NCBI GenBank assembly: GCA_951406725.2
Contig: OX597825.1
Location: 9,548,001 to 9,612,000, forward strand
DNA: 64,000 bases
From: Octopus vulgaris
Lineage: Eukaryota
Reading direction: 5' to 3'
The first letter of the stretch is position 1. Each line of letters begins with the position of its first letter. Below, one piece after another: positions 1 to 14,189 of the stretch. The notes under the pieces are model-generated. The model saw only the letters and a list, made by a program, of their open reading frames with translations. It did not search any database and was not told the origin of the DNA. A program made the position numbers and the translations under genes.

Positions 1-94
1 CTTACATTTAATAAGAAAAAAGTGAAAATTGTTAGTTGATGCATCATTTTCTTATGTGAAAATTTTTACTTTTTAAATCTTTTCGTCTCTTATC

Positions 95-112
95 TCTCTC
101 TCACATACACAT

Positions 113-179
<67 letters not shown>

Positions 180-257
180 TTCTTTCTCTTTCTATTTCTC
201 TCTCACTATTTCTCTCTCTTTGCCTGCACATATACATATATACATACAAATACACAC

Positions 258-303
<46 letters not shown>

Positions 304-461
304 GTAGGTAGGTAGGTAGGTAGGTAGGTAGGTAGGTAGGTAGGTAGGTAGGTAGGTAGGTAGGTAGAGAGGTGGGCACGAATGGAGGGAGGTTGGTATG
401 GAGATAGATGGATAGATAGAGAGACAGACAGGCAGGTAAGCGAGCAGAGAGACAGACAGAC

Positions 462-533
<72 letters not shown>
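95..533. repeat. Compound microsatellite (CT)n, (GATA)n, (GGTA)n, (GACA)n
   Basis: Simple repeats read directly from the sequence. They explain ORFs 73..255 and 192..545. Confidence 0.97.
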
Positions 534-1128
534 CTTTGTACGCACTTATGTAGGTTTTAGTAATTGCAACAAATCAGGTATATTGAAATAAATTAATAGG
601 TATTTTTCTTTTTTCTTGTTTTCTAGTTTTATGAAATTTTAATATGCTTTATCAAAAGCGTAGAAAAGTGAATGTCTTGACAATTATAACTGCAAAAAGA
701 AGAGAAATTATTTCCTGATGTGTCAGAATACCTGAATGCATCTTTAAAAATATAGACATTTTGCGTTGAAACATTGGCAAATCATATTATTTTTTCGTAA
801 AAATAACTTACTTCAAAGATAAGAAGTTATTATGGGAATGCCATGTACATTAAGCACGTCTTCCATATTACAATATAAGGACAGAATTTCAAGTAACGTA
901 ATTAAAGTAGACAGAGAAAGGGAATCAGAAATAACATCAAGAAATTTAAAACATAAATTGGAAAGTGATTGAAATCTAAACATTCTGGAGGTGACAAAAT
1001 TTTAATTCAACTTAAAAATGTATATAGATTACTAATAGTATTTAACCCCCAATGCGTAAAAAATGCATACAAGAAAAAATATCCTTTGTATAATTCCGAA
1101 TGATTTTTTCCCAACCTGTATAGACTGT

Positions 1129-1298
1129 GGAGGCACATGGCCTAGTGTTTAGAGCAGCGGAATCGCGGTCGAGGGATCGCGGGTTTGTATCTCAGATCGG
1201 GCGCTGTGTGTGTTTATGAAAGAAACGCCTAAGCTCCACGCGGCTCCGGCAGAAGGTAATGGCGAACTTCTACTGACTCTTTCGCCACGACTTTCTCT
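1129..1298 (+). mobile_element. tRNA-derived SINE, family C (5' part)
   Basis: Starts GGAGGCACATGGCCTAGTG (A-box-like), has a degenerate B box, then the body CTAAGCTCCACGCGGCTCCGGCAG...CTTTCTCT shared with 13587-13764 and 61905-62227. Confidence 0.85.
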
Positions 1299-1406
1299 AT
1301 CGGTTACTTTCACTGAACCGCTGATTCACATGTACGTAAACACACCAACACCGGTTGTCAAGCGGTGATGGGGGACAAACACACACACACATATATATAT
1401 ACATAC

Positions 1407-1448
<42 letters not shown>

Positions 1449-1485
1449 CGGCCTTTTTCAGTTTCTATCTACCATATCTACTCAA
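1296..1485 (-). mobile_element. SINE family B, degenerate internal fragment with internal (CA)/(TA) microsatellite
   Basis: GTAAACACACCAACACCGGTTGTCAAGCG...GGGGACAAAC and TTTCAGTTTC.TCTACCA match the full copies at 20595, 23085 and 47619. Confidence 0.75.
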
Positions 1486-2289
1486 TATCTGTAGTGTTTG
1501 TTTCTCTCGCCTACAGGGTTAACACTGAAGAATATTGTAAGTTCACTATTGATACAAAGGAACGGACCCAGAGGCGAACAGCTTCTCAAAAACATTCTCA
1601 CACTGGAAACAATCGAATGTTTTTACTGATGACGAGTACATTATACGAGAAGTTGCTAGAAGCGAGCGCGTCCCGTTTTTTTCTTAATTTACAGAAATCG
1701 TACTAAAAACTTAAGTCGGTAAAAGAAAATGGCTGACGACGATTTCATTGTCATTGTACATTTCACTGTTAATCGACTCCCTCATTGAGGCTATATTTCC
1801 TGTTTCCTTCTATCTGCATTGCGAAATGTCTGTCTCTATATATATCTGTCTGTTAAACTCTCCTTAACTATGTGAGTACGTGAATGTCAATATCTCTATG
1901 GCAGGCCTAATAAACAGACGGACGGACAATCAGATAGATAGATAGATAGATAGAGAGAGAGGGGGGAGAGTGAGAGAGAGATTGAGAGATAGAGAGATAG
2001 AGAGAAAGATAGATAGATTGATTGATAGATAGACAGATAGATAGATATATAGAGAGAAGGAGAGAGAGACAGGCAGACAGAGACACACAGAGACACACAG
2101 AGGCAGACCGAGACTGACAGACAGACAGAGATTAAAGAATATGAATGATGTCTTTTTTCTCAGAGCTACAATTACTTTAATTAAATGATATTTTGTATAA
2201 GGTATGTACCCGTTAGTCTTGTTGCTTTATTCTGTTAACTTGCGCAAGCCAGATTTAAATCATTGAAAATTGATCGCTTTAGAAAATGG

Positions 2290-2740
2290 TAACTACCGTT
2301 ACCTTCAGGATCAGAAGGTATTTCAGAGCCCACAAGAAGTCAAAACTGCTACTAATATAGCCGCTCAATTGCAACCACCCCGAATCAAGCACTGCTCTCA
2401 TACGTGTGATGTTGCAGGTAGTACACATAATGACACCCTAGATTGTATCCAAATAATACCAACCGACTGACTAGCATGATATCGTTCACCAACATCTCTC
2501 AATCATTATCTCTTCAGTTGTGCTACTTCTGTTTCACTCGATCTCTGCTACCGTCACTTCATTTGCTTCTCTACTGCAGAAGTATCCCTCTCGTACCACC
2601 TCTTTATAAGGTCACCCAACTAACCATTCTCTTTTCTTACCAGCAGTCATACTCTGTCGCCGCCAGGTTTTGAACTAGCCACTTCGTTCAATCTTTTCTT
2701 TCGCCAAAACATCAGATCTTTGCATTTCTCTCCAGCAACA
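2290..2740 (+). mobile_element. Decayed LINE (CR1/Jockey group), post-RT C-terminal region
   Basis: Frameshifted peptides PRIKHCSHTCDVAGSTHNDTLDCIQ, ..IPLVPPL and TSHFVQSF resemble the generic RPxMEYCSHIW..LDRIQ / LVPP / SFFxRTxxLWNxLP region of APE-type LINE ORF2. Probably the same family as 21080-21640. Confidence 0.6.
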
Positions 2741-2973
2741 GAAAAATAAGGATAGCTCTGTCGAGTTTTTCAGCAAAATTGACATAAAACATAAAACATT
2801 TCGAACGTGTGGGATTTTCAATTGAGTTGTGGATTCTTACACATTTTAACATCATCTACAGTAACGAAAATATCATTATTTACAATCAACCCCGATTCTG
2901 AAGATGAGAAACAGGATGGGGACGATATGAAAACCCATTTTACGGAATACCGGCTTTATATATTTTTCGAATG

Positions 2974-4125
<1,152 letters not shown>

Positions 4126-4884
4126 GCATAACATTAAGGCTGAATTCTATATGTATAAGTGTAATGCCAATCACGTTCCACACACTGATAAATTTTGGAT
4201 CAATTATATACGTCGAATCAATGCATGCCAGTTTGGAAAAGTAAAACAAAATTCTATAAAATACTGCGAAACTCTCCAAAGCTCTTTAAAAAGTCAAACG
4301 ATATTTAACAAGCCTTGAAAGCCAGAATAACTACTTGAGATGGCAGAGATATCGTCAGTTCCAATCTCTTGATATTTATCAACGACGTACATTTTCTACT
4401 CAGTGTTGTTATAACAGTAATTGTCGCACCATATTTTCTGTTTGTTAGTATATTTGTTTTTTTATCTGGAATTATTTAGAAGGATTTGTTTAGTGGAGAT
4501 TCGGTATAATCCTTTAAAGGAGGATTTTATGTCATGCAACACGAAGATTTACAGTAGAAATACAATAGTATTGTTCATTACTCGCTATCCTCAAACGTTT
4601 CTAATGTTGCAGGTGGTCGAAGGTAGATAAAGCTGTTATCGAGATGTAAGTAGATGCTCCTTGTTTGTGAAGCAGTCTTATTATAAGTATATACACAATA
4701 TACATAAGATAGCAATATAACTGCCAGCTCAGATTTTAAACGATACGAATTCAAGCATAATATATGCGAAGAGCAGGAGAACAAAGCAGCTGTTTTCAAG
4801 GAGAACCTCTTTAATATGTCATAGGTTGTTAACCAGATTACGACAGTATATATGCTTGTGTATGTGTCTTTATATATAATATAT

Positions 4885-4944
<60 letters not shown>

Positions 4945-5076
4945 GAATGGAGTCGAACGAAGATGTTAACAAAATTCCTTTACTCTCGACATATGTTTCT
5001 GATGTGAATTTGCTACCCAGGTTTCGGTTAAACGAATTTTCCATGTTGACGATAAACATAGAATAATTCATTCACC

Positions 5077-5145
<69 letters not shown>

Positions 5146-5225
5146 TGAAGAATACAGAGTGCATTCAAACACATAAGCGATAACCAAAAGATAGGATATC
5201 TGACTCACTAGAAAGAGCAGTACGT

Positions 5226-5563
5226 GCAGGCGTTTTGCTCGGTAAGGGACTTGCTTCCCAGCCACATGATTCTGGGTTCAGTCTCACTGCGGGACAACTA
5301 GAGCAGCAATTGTTGGGTAAACCAGAGGCTTGTGAGTGGATTTACTGGACGGAAATTGAAAGAATCCCGTCAAACATATGAAAATATATATGTGTATATA
5401 TATAATAACAATATTAAGGAGTAAATCCAAACTTACTGTTTGATTTGCATAATAGTGGTTTTATCTCTAATTTAATATATTTAATATATATGTATATATA
5501 TATATATATATATAGGTATGTATGTATGTATATATATATATATATATACACATACATACCTAC

Positions 5564-5596
<33 letters not shown>

Positions 5597-5860
5597 CATA
5601 TATATATATAAAGTCATACATGTGCGTGTGTGTGCGAATGTATGTGTGTGACCCTCTGTGTTTGTCTATCATCAAAGGTTTAGAACCTGTGCTGGTGTTC
5701 CGTCCTCGTAAAGCTAGCGGTTCGGCAAAAGGGAGCCATGGAGTAAGTACCAGGTTTTTAAACGCCTGAATACTGGGGTCGATTCATTCGATTAAAACTT
5801 CTTGAAGGCGACGCCTCAGCATGGTCGCAGTCCAATGACTAAAGCAGATAATAGATAAAA
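5226..5860 (+). mobile_element. SINE family B, old divergent copy split by an expanded internal microsatellite
   Basis: Head ...GCTTCCCAGCCACATGATTCTGGGTTCAGTCTCACTGCG, then CTTGTGAGTGGATT...GACGGAAA. The 3' half has GCGGTTCGGCAAAAG...CTGGGGTCGAT...CAGCATGGTCGCAGTCCAATGACT. Confidence 0.75.
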
Positions 5861-6019
5861 CCAATATACATGTGCGCCCGGGCGCGTGTGTGTGTATGTG
5901 TGTGTGTCTGTCTGTTTACAATGTACAGCATACGTCAGAAGGATACACACGAGTTTCAAACCGGTATCTTTCCCTCTTACTCTATTTTGATAAAGGCTTC
6001 ACCCAAACTCTCTTTTTCT

Positions 6020-6185
6020 TGTATCGGCCATTTGACTGCGGCCATGCTGGAGCACCGCTTTTAGTCGAGCAAATCGACCCCAGGACTTATTCTTTGTAAG
6101 CCTAGTAATTATTCTATCGGTCTCTTTTGCCAAACCGCTAAGTTACGGGGACGTAAACACTCCAGCATCGGTTGTCAAGCAATGC
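6020..6185 (-). mobile_element. SINE family B, 3' half
   Basis: CATTTGACTGCGGCCATGCTGGAGCACCGC...CATCGGTTGTCAAGC is near-identical to the other B copies. Confidence 0.9.
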
Positions 6186-6358
6186 TTGATAAAACCACTA
6201 TTAGGCAAATCAAACAGTGAAAATCATAAGCCAATACATAGAAATAAAATTAATTAAAAAATATATAATATATAAAATATAAAAATCCAATTAAAATATT
6301 TAAATTAAAGTTAAAATTTTAAAAATTATTTAAATTCATAAATTAAACTTATAAATTT

Positions 6359-6421
<63 letters not shown>

Positions 6422-6788
6422 ATTATTATTATTTTATTTATTTATTTATTTATTTATATAATTGAGATTCTGTTAAATTAGGTACTAAAGTGGAAGTACC
6501 AAGACAGAGTAGTATTATCCGCAGAGCTCGAAGTAAGGTGAATAAAATCAAAGTAAGCAACAGGATATCATGAGCTGTCAACTCACTATTGTCCTTTATT
6601 CAAAATAGACAAAGTCTTCTAGTTTTAGATTCAGTAGTTGATAAAGAGATAATAGAATTAGAAATGAATTACAACTCCTTAAAACATGGTCCCACCAGGC
6701 TCCATGCGATTCTTGAAAGCGTTGTCTTCTTAGCTACAACAGCGACATCATGAATTTCTTCCATCGTCTTGCTCTGTTAAAATATTTG

Positions 6789-6833
6789 AGAAAAATTATA
6801 TTAATGTGTCCTACTAGTTAAAATAAAATTTTG

Positions 6834-6905
<72 letters not shown>

Positions 6906-7064
6906 CAAAATAAACAACAAGATATCAAGTAGGAATAAGTACGACCGTTTCAGGCGGCTCCATTTAATTGAACAATGCAATCATTTTCAATGCAGTGCAT
7001 TCTTCAGCTGCACAAATGAACAAAAAGAATTTTAGCTAGTAGGACACATTAATATAATTTTTCT
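6789..7064. mobile_element. (TA)n-associated fold-back element (Penelope pseudo-LTR-like) with a degenerate hammerhead on the minus strand
   Basis: 36-bp inverted repeat at 6789-6824 / 7029-7064 (1 mismatch). The minus strand carries CTGAAGA (7007-7001) ... GAAACGGTC (6951-6943). Confidence 0.55.
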
Positions 7065-8162
7065 GGATATTCTCCTTGTTTAAAGTGGTGAATGCAGCCA
7101 TAATCCTTGCCTTCAGTTCATCTTTGGTGTTACAAAAATTTTGTTGGTCTCTCGGTCAACTGCACCCCTCACATAATAATCGAGGGGGTTACAGTCTGGG
7201 GAGTTAGGTAGCCAGATGTTAGGGGTGATGTGGTCGCAGAAATTGTCTGACAGCCATAACTGGGTTCTCCTTCTTGTGTGGCATGGTACAGAATCTTGTT
7301 GCTAGATATAGTGTCTTCCAGCAACCACCCTCTTGGCCAAGGGTAGCATTAACTAATCCGGGCACTTGATGAAGGCCTCCGTGTTGAGTTTGAGGCTGTG
7401 TGGGAAGATGACTGGAGGGATAACGTTGACATCACTACTGATCACTCTGAACACCACGATGTTGACTGGATGTTTGATTTTTATCACTTCCGGTACATGT
7501 TTAGGGGGCACGGCATGGCAACGGTTGTTCTGTGAGCTCAACATCTGATCCTGACAGAAATTTCCAAAGCCTGATCGGTTGAAGGGGACGCTTGACGTGG
7601 TTCAAACGCTTCGTAGTGCTGTCTTTCCTCTTGTCCTTGATGGACTGGGATAAAAATCGGCCCTTTCTCATCTTGTATGAAGAATACCGAATGTCTTGAT
7701 GCACAACCTGTCTGATAAGAAACTCAGACACTCGCATGTCTCTGGCAATGGACCTGATTGGCTTGTAGGGATCGTTGTCAATCATAGTCTGACTCTCACC
7801 AACAAATCCAGGGGTTCTTTTCTTATCGGAACGATCACAGTGAGTTATCCGAGCTGCCGTATCTTCGTAATGACCATTAGACTCAACCAACTCTTTCCAA
7901 TTTCCTCTGCACTGTCCTCAAATTTACACCCAAACACTCGGAAATGTTCGTATTGGAGCTTCTGGTGAGGATGCCAAGCAATACAGCATGTCGTTTCTAA
8001 ATTTCTGGCAGAGTAAATTGCACCATGGTGGTGTATTTTTTTTTTCACAAACGCTGCCCAACTGATCCAACTATACTACGAAGTCGACAAAATCAGAAGC
8101 AACCAATGCGCATGCGTGAAATTAAAAGCATAAAAGAGCGACAATTTACCAACCGCTCCCTA
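7065..8162 (-). mobile_element. Decayed Tc1/mariner-superfamily transposon, DD37D (maT) type, 3'-truncated
   Basis: Minus-strand peptides include RTPGFV...IRSIARDMRVSEFLIRQVV (HTH-like), QNNR...KHPVNIVVF..ISSD...PPVIF, and QQDSVPCH...WLPNSPDCNPLDY with 37 residues between the last two Asp (hand-counted). It has stops and frameshifts. The end TAGGGAGCGGTTGGTAAATTG abuts a TA in (TA)n. Confidence 0.88.
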
Positions 8163-8748
8163 TATATATATAATTTAACCTCAGAGCTGCGGCCATGCTG
8201 ATGCACCGCCGTTTTGCTATACAGTTATTACTAAGAGCCTCCTCTAATATGTGACAGTTGGTGAAGAATGTAGTTTGATGTAGCTACCCTCATTTGCACC
8301 TCTTTCCGTGAGGTAGGTTCATCTGGGAATATATATATATATACACACACATGTGTGTGTATGAGTGTATGTCTAAGTATAATAATATATAACGCACGTG
8401 CGTGGGCGTGCATATATTTGGGAGTGAAAATGTTTTATGTATATGTGTATATATAGACGATAACAGTAAGAATCTAAGGTATACGTATGTCGTCTGCATT
8501 AACTAGAGCTGTATTCTTCAGAAACAGCGAGAAAAACAGTCCAGCAAAATGTGAGCACTTAATAAACCTCGATCACGGACTCTCTCATAAAAGTAGGATA
8601 AAAAGTAGGACACACATTTCCACACTAATTCCAATGTACTCTTTTTTGCCCTTCTTCCAAGCTTTACCATTCTTACCGAGCAGATCGCCAGTAGGTTCTT
8701 TGGATTCGGTTTATATGATACTACAATTATACATACACATATACATAC

Positions 8749-8779
<31 letters not shown>

Positions 8780-8801
8780 TTATTTATTTTGTTTTTATTT
8801 T

Positions 8802-8842
8802 ATCTAGTTTCAGCTCATTAGCTGTGGCCATGCTGGGGCACC

Positions 8843-8845
<3 letters not shown>
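8802..8845 (-). mobile_element. Isolated 3' tail related to SINE B (GGCGGTGCCCCAGCATGGCCACAGCT..GAGCTGAAACTAGA)
   Basis: Near-identical copy at 43769-43810 and a weaker one at 8178-8210. Confidence 0.7.
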
Positions 8846-8878
<33 letters not shown>

Positions 8879-8941
8879 TAGGTTTGTATATGTATGTATA
8901 TGTGTGTATTTAAGTGTGTGTATATGGGTGTGTGAGCGGGC

Positions 8942-8987
<46 letters not shown>

Positions 8988-9008
8988 GTGTGCATGTGTA
9001 TGTACATG

Positions 9009-9054
<46 letters not shown>

Positions 9055-9573
9055 TCTGTGTGAGTGTGTGTGCATGTGCGTGTACATTTATACATCCAAT
9101 ACGCACACACACAGATCCCCACACGTGCACGCACGCGCAGAAGCACTCGCCCCGAATACCTTCATGGATGCCGTGAATATAAGGAAGTCAGCGATGCTGT
9201 CACATTTAGGATGTAGCTTTAAATGTCTTATCTTTCCTTCTTATCTTTTGCTTTGTTGTGTTCAATTAATCTAATGGAACGCTTGTTTAAACTCCGATCA
9301 TCAACAATGGCATCTCAAAGATATTGACGTGAATGTTAAAATTCCTTCATAACGCATATATATATATATATACATGTACATATGTGTGTATATATATATT
9401 TGTGTCTGTGTCCGTTTGTGTGTGTATGTGTGCGTCTGTGCGTGTGCCAGTTTGTGCATCTGTGTGTGTGTATGCGTATCCAAGCTTCTATTCATGTACA
9501 TACGTATGAATCCATGTATGTATTTGTAATGTATGAATATACATAGGGATATGCGTATATGAGTGTGTGCGTG

Positions 9574-9623
<50 letters not shown>

Positions 9624-9728
9624 TACGTGCGTAGTGCGCATGTATGAAAATATGTGTATATACCAAACGTTGTCAACAAGCGTAAAGGGGAAGTTGATTG
9701 CAAGTATAAGAGGAAATAATGATATATA

Positions 9729-9772
<44 letters not shown>

Positions 9773-10034
9773 TGATATATATACATTATATATATATGTA
9801 TATGTGTGTATACATATATATATGTATGTATATATGTATGTACATATAGATGAATAGATATAGATAAACATGCGCATATATATAAACGTACATAAATATA
9901 TATACGCATATATGTATATATTTATATATGTATACACGCACATATACATAAACAAACATATATGTTGTGTGTGTGTGTGTATACGTATATATGCATATAT
10001 ATATATATATAGATATTTATATATATATATATAC

Positions 10035-10086
<52 letters not shown>

Positions 10087-10132
10087 ATTTATAAATATGT
10101 ATATATCAACTATATATACTATATATATATAC

Positions 10133-10173
<41 letters not shown>

Positions 10174-10465
10174 CAAACATACATAAGTGCATGGTAAAAT
10201 GGTTTGTGGCAATAAAATATATAAAATCCAATAGATATCTTAATGAAATAACTACATTACCAAGCTTTCAGTGATATATCTATAATTTCAGAAAATCCTT
10301 TTGATATTCTGTACGCAGGTTTGTTAGAGTATATTATAAAAGCCAGCCAATAAGAGGAAATAAAACGAGAATGAAATACAAAGGAGCGAAAGATAAGGAA
10401 CCTAATTTTAGTTATGATGTTATTACAGAGCATAGTGAATATGCTTGATCCTAGTCTCACTAATA

Positions 10466-10490
10466 CTGCTGCTGCTACTACTACTACTAC

Positions 10491-10571
<81 letters not shown>

Positions 10572-10576
10572 TAATA

Positions 10577-10635
<59 letters not shown>

Positions 10636-10711
10636 AATAATAATGATAATAATAATAATAATAATAATGATAATAATAATGATAATGATAATAATAATAA
10701 CAATAACAATG

Positions 10712-10775
<64 letters not shown>

Positions 10776-10783
10776 TGATGATG

Positions 10784-10814
<31 letters not shown>

Positions 10815-10847
10815 AGAATGTGGTGATGGTGATGATGGTGATGATGG

Positions 10848-10903
<56 letters not shown>

Positions 10904-12140
10904 ATTATTATTATGGTGGTGATGGTTGTGGTGGTGAAGAGGAGAAGGGGGAAGAGGAGGAAGGTGATGAAGAGGAGGAGGGAAGGGGAGGAGGGTGAAG
11001 AGGAACAGAATAATAGTAATAATAATAATAATAATAACAATAATAATAATAATAATAATAGAAGAAGAAGAAGAAGAAGAAGAAGAAGAAGAACGAGAAG
11101 AAGAAGGAGAGGAAGAAGAAGAAGAAGAAGAAGAAGAAGAAGAAGAAGGAGAAGAAGGAGAAGAAGAAGAAGAAGAAGAAGAAGAAGAAGAAGAAGAAGA
11201 AGAAGAAGAAGAAGAAGAAGAAGAAGAAGAATGTCAGTACAGCAAGTAGAACGAACGTCAGTGAGTCCTATTGTTAGTCACAAGACCGGTTAATGAAGAA
11301 AGCTGTATCGATGATTTTATTAGCGTATAAAACCATCCTCGGAGGGATAATGGAGGAATGGCGGTGATTCCGACGACATTTTGCGGAGAAATCATTCACA
11401 TCGGCTTCATTGTAAAGTAGGTTTGGTGACGTTCTAGTTCAAACAGCACTGGCAGAAATTCCTTCGGGTACAGCAGCAGCATCAACAGCAGCAATAGTAG
11501 TACCAACAGGATGAAGATAAGAAGGTTGTGGGGAGGAGAAAGAGAAGGAGGGACGGTGAAGAAGGAGGGGAAGTGAAGAAGGAGGGGTAGGAGAAGGGGT
11601 TGGAGAAGGGGAAGGAGAGGAAGGAGAAGGAAGAGGGGAAGAAGAAGGAAGAGGAGGGGAAGCAGCAGGGAGAGGAGGAAGAGGAGGGGAAGCAGGAGGA
11701 AGGAGAAGGGAAGCAGGAGGAAGGGGAAGGGAAGCAGGAGGAAGAAGAAGGAAGAGGAGGGGAAGCAGCAGGGAGAGGAGGAAGAGGAGGGGAAGCAGGA
11801 GGAAGGAGAAGGGAAGCAGGAGGAAGGGGAAGGGAAGCAGGAGGAAGGGGAAGGGAAGCAGGAGGAAGAGGAAGGGAAGCAGGAGGAACAGGATGATGAT
11901 GATGATGAGGATGGTAACGACGACAACGATAATGATAGTGGTGGTGGTGGTGGTGGTGGTGATAATGGTAATGGTAATGGTGGTGATGGTAGCCGTTATC
12001 TTTGTAGTGTTGTTGCTGTTGTTGTTGTTGGTGTCGGTGGTGGTGTCGGTGGTGGTAGTGGTGGTGGTGGTGGTGGCTGTGGTGGTGATAATCATGATGA
12101 TGATGATGATGATGTGGAGGATGAAAATGATGATGATGAT
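10466..12140. repeat. Complex trinucleotide array (AAT, GAT, GGT, GAA, GTT) with an embedded purine-rich minisatellite (about 11620-11890)
   Basis: Directly visible. It gives poly-N/D/E/I/R ORFs in most frames on both strands. The minisatellite unit is about GGGAAGCAGGAGGAAGGRGAA. Confidence 0.95.
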
Positions 12141-12355
12141 AAAAATATAAGTATTTTATAATTTCAACAGTGTACATTTTTTTTTCTATCGCAAACTCAT
12201 TAGGCAACCTCTCTAGAAACTTCAAATGGGCATGTCAGTTAATATCAAGATGATTTAGATAAGATGTTTCTAGAGGAGCAGAAGGGTAGACGCCAGGGTT
12301 TAGGCAACAGTCAATGGTTGGTCAACAAAGCAAATAACTAACGATTGTTATTAGT

Positions 12356-12740
12356 TTTTTACTCTAGGCAGAAGGCCCGAAATTTTGGGGGAAGGATGCC
12401 AGTCGATTAAATCGACCACTGTACGCCACTGCTACTTAATTTATCGACCCCGAAAGGATAAAAGGCAAAGTCGCCCTCGGCGGAATTTGAACTCAGAACG
12501 TAAAGACAGACGAAATACCTATTTCTTTATTACCAACAAGGGGCCAAACACAGAAGGGACAAACAAGGACAGACAAACGGATCAAGTCGATTACATCAAC
12601 CCCAGTGCGTAACTGGTACTTATTTAATCGACCCCGAAAGGATGAAAGGCAAAGTCGACCTCGGTGGAATTTGAACTCAGAACGTAACGGCAGACGAAAT
12701 ACGGCTACGCATTTCGCCCGGCGTGCTAACGTTTCTGCCA
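12356..12740 (-). mobile_element. SINE family A, dimer; the second unit ends in an alternative 3' tail
   Basis: Two tandem copies of GTTCTGAGTTCAAATTCC...TTTGCCTTT.ATCCTTTCGGGGTCGAT joined at AAAGAAATAG|GTATTTCGTCTG. The distal tail is CCCCCAAAATTTCGGGCCTTCTGCCTAGAGTAAAA. Confidence 0.9.
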
Positions 12741-13586
12741 TTATGCATGAATAATAAAGGTTCTGAATATGGCATAGGTGAACTTTTCACATGTACACCA
12801 CACGTGAATTCTAGACATTAGCCACGAGTATGGTAGCACTAAATACGGAAATACATTGAATATGTGGTAGAGGGCTAACAATTTCGCAGTTAATACAAGC
12901 AGAGGTAAATATGGTCTTGAGTTTCAGGACTCATATGGCCGGTTACATGGCGTACAAACGACCGAGATCCCTTGACCCTTGCATGGGATGTCAGCCGGTG
13001 TTAAGGCTATCATTTACCCCTGAATGAACTGGAGTAACAGAACAGGAAGTTTTTTCATCAAGTACACAAAGTACTGTCCAGTGAGGGAATCGAAGTCACA
13101 ATCTCAACAGAACAAAATTTCATTATTTCAAGTTTGATTAGATAATTATAGACAAGATAATCAAATACTGGACGTAATCTGATTAATCACTTAGCCCATA
13201 AATTGTAGCCTTGTCTCAATATCAGAGTGGTAATTTTTTATAATTATTAGTACAAATAATTTATCATTTATGTATCAAATATCTGATTGAAGTCTCTACA
13301 TAGCAGCAACATTTGCTGGAAATACCAACCGTGATATCGAATCACACGCTAAAAGCGTACAGGAATAGACTCAAAGAATATAAGTCTAGATACTGCTTGT
13401 CTGAAAACGGATTGAATGGCAATACCGTCACTGCTTTTATCGAAGATCCGTTTAGTCAGAGTTTCCTAGGTTTCCTTACAAAATATCTTTCATTGAAAAA
13501 TGGACAATAGTAGTCGTAGAAGTAGTGGCTGCAGCAGCAGCAGCAATTGTAGTATAATACTAGTAGGTGTAACAGCAGCAACAATT

Positions 13587-13764
13587 GGAGGCGCAATAGC
13601 CCAGCGGTTAGGGCAGCGAACTCGCGGTCGTAAGAACGTGGTTTCGATTCCCAGACCAGGCATTGTGAGTGTTTATTGAGCAAAAACACCTAAGCACCAC
13701 GAAACTCCGGCGGGGTGGCAGTGAACCCAGCTGTACTCTTTCACCACAACTTTCTCTCACTCTT
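13587..13764 (+). mobile_element. tRNA-derived SINE, family C
   Basis: A-box-like TAGCCCAGCGG and B box GGTTTCGATTCCC. Body matches 1129 and 61905. Confidence 0.88.
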
Positions 13765-14189
13765 TCAAGAAGAGGAACCATGGTGTAACCCGCTATGGTG
13801 TGGTAAACTTTCAGACCCTAGTCTAGATTGCGAATCCTCTGTTACCCAGGATGGTTCAGCTCTCCACCCGTTAAAACCCACCGTTTACGGAATGAGGGTG
13901 ACAACGTAGCTTTTGCGCCCGTGCAACCGTCAGTCTATCGCGTGTGGTGGGTGGATCTTGAAGTTGCCACACGCATTCTTAGTAGCTTAGAGTAGGCTCG
14001 AATTAGAGATTATTCCTTGTGGCTAATGGCGTGGGTCCTGATTGGAAGACGAAGACAGCAGCAACGGTAGTATAGGAGTCACAATAGCAGCAGCAGTAGT
14101 ACTTGTAATTTATATATACCACAAAGACAGGAGCCGTCACGGTTAATACAAGAAAATGAATTAATAAAAAAGAAACGAAGGCAAAACTG

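Noticed and set aside
7353-7890. ORFs 7353..7544 and 7501..7890 as an active transposase gene
   Set aside because: The transposase is split by frameshifts and stops, and one end is missing. Annotated as a decayed maT element.
10257-12225. Poly-N/D/E/I/R/H ORFs up to 282 aa resembling acidic or low-complexity proteins
   Set aside because: Stop-free frames are expected in trinucleotide arrays. They overlap on both strands and have no unique domain or splice context.
13587-13660. Possible tRNA gene (also the heads of SINE A and B)
   Set aside because: A and B boxes are present, but there is no complete cloverleaf or acceptor stem, and each continues into a multi-copy SINE body.
13940-14040. 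Possible HDV-like ribozyme (GGCTAATGGCGTGG resembles a J4/2-P2 end)
   Set aside because: I could not build consistent P1, P3 and P1.1 pairings by eye.
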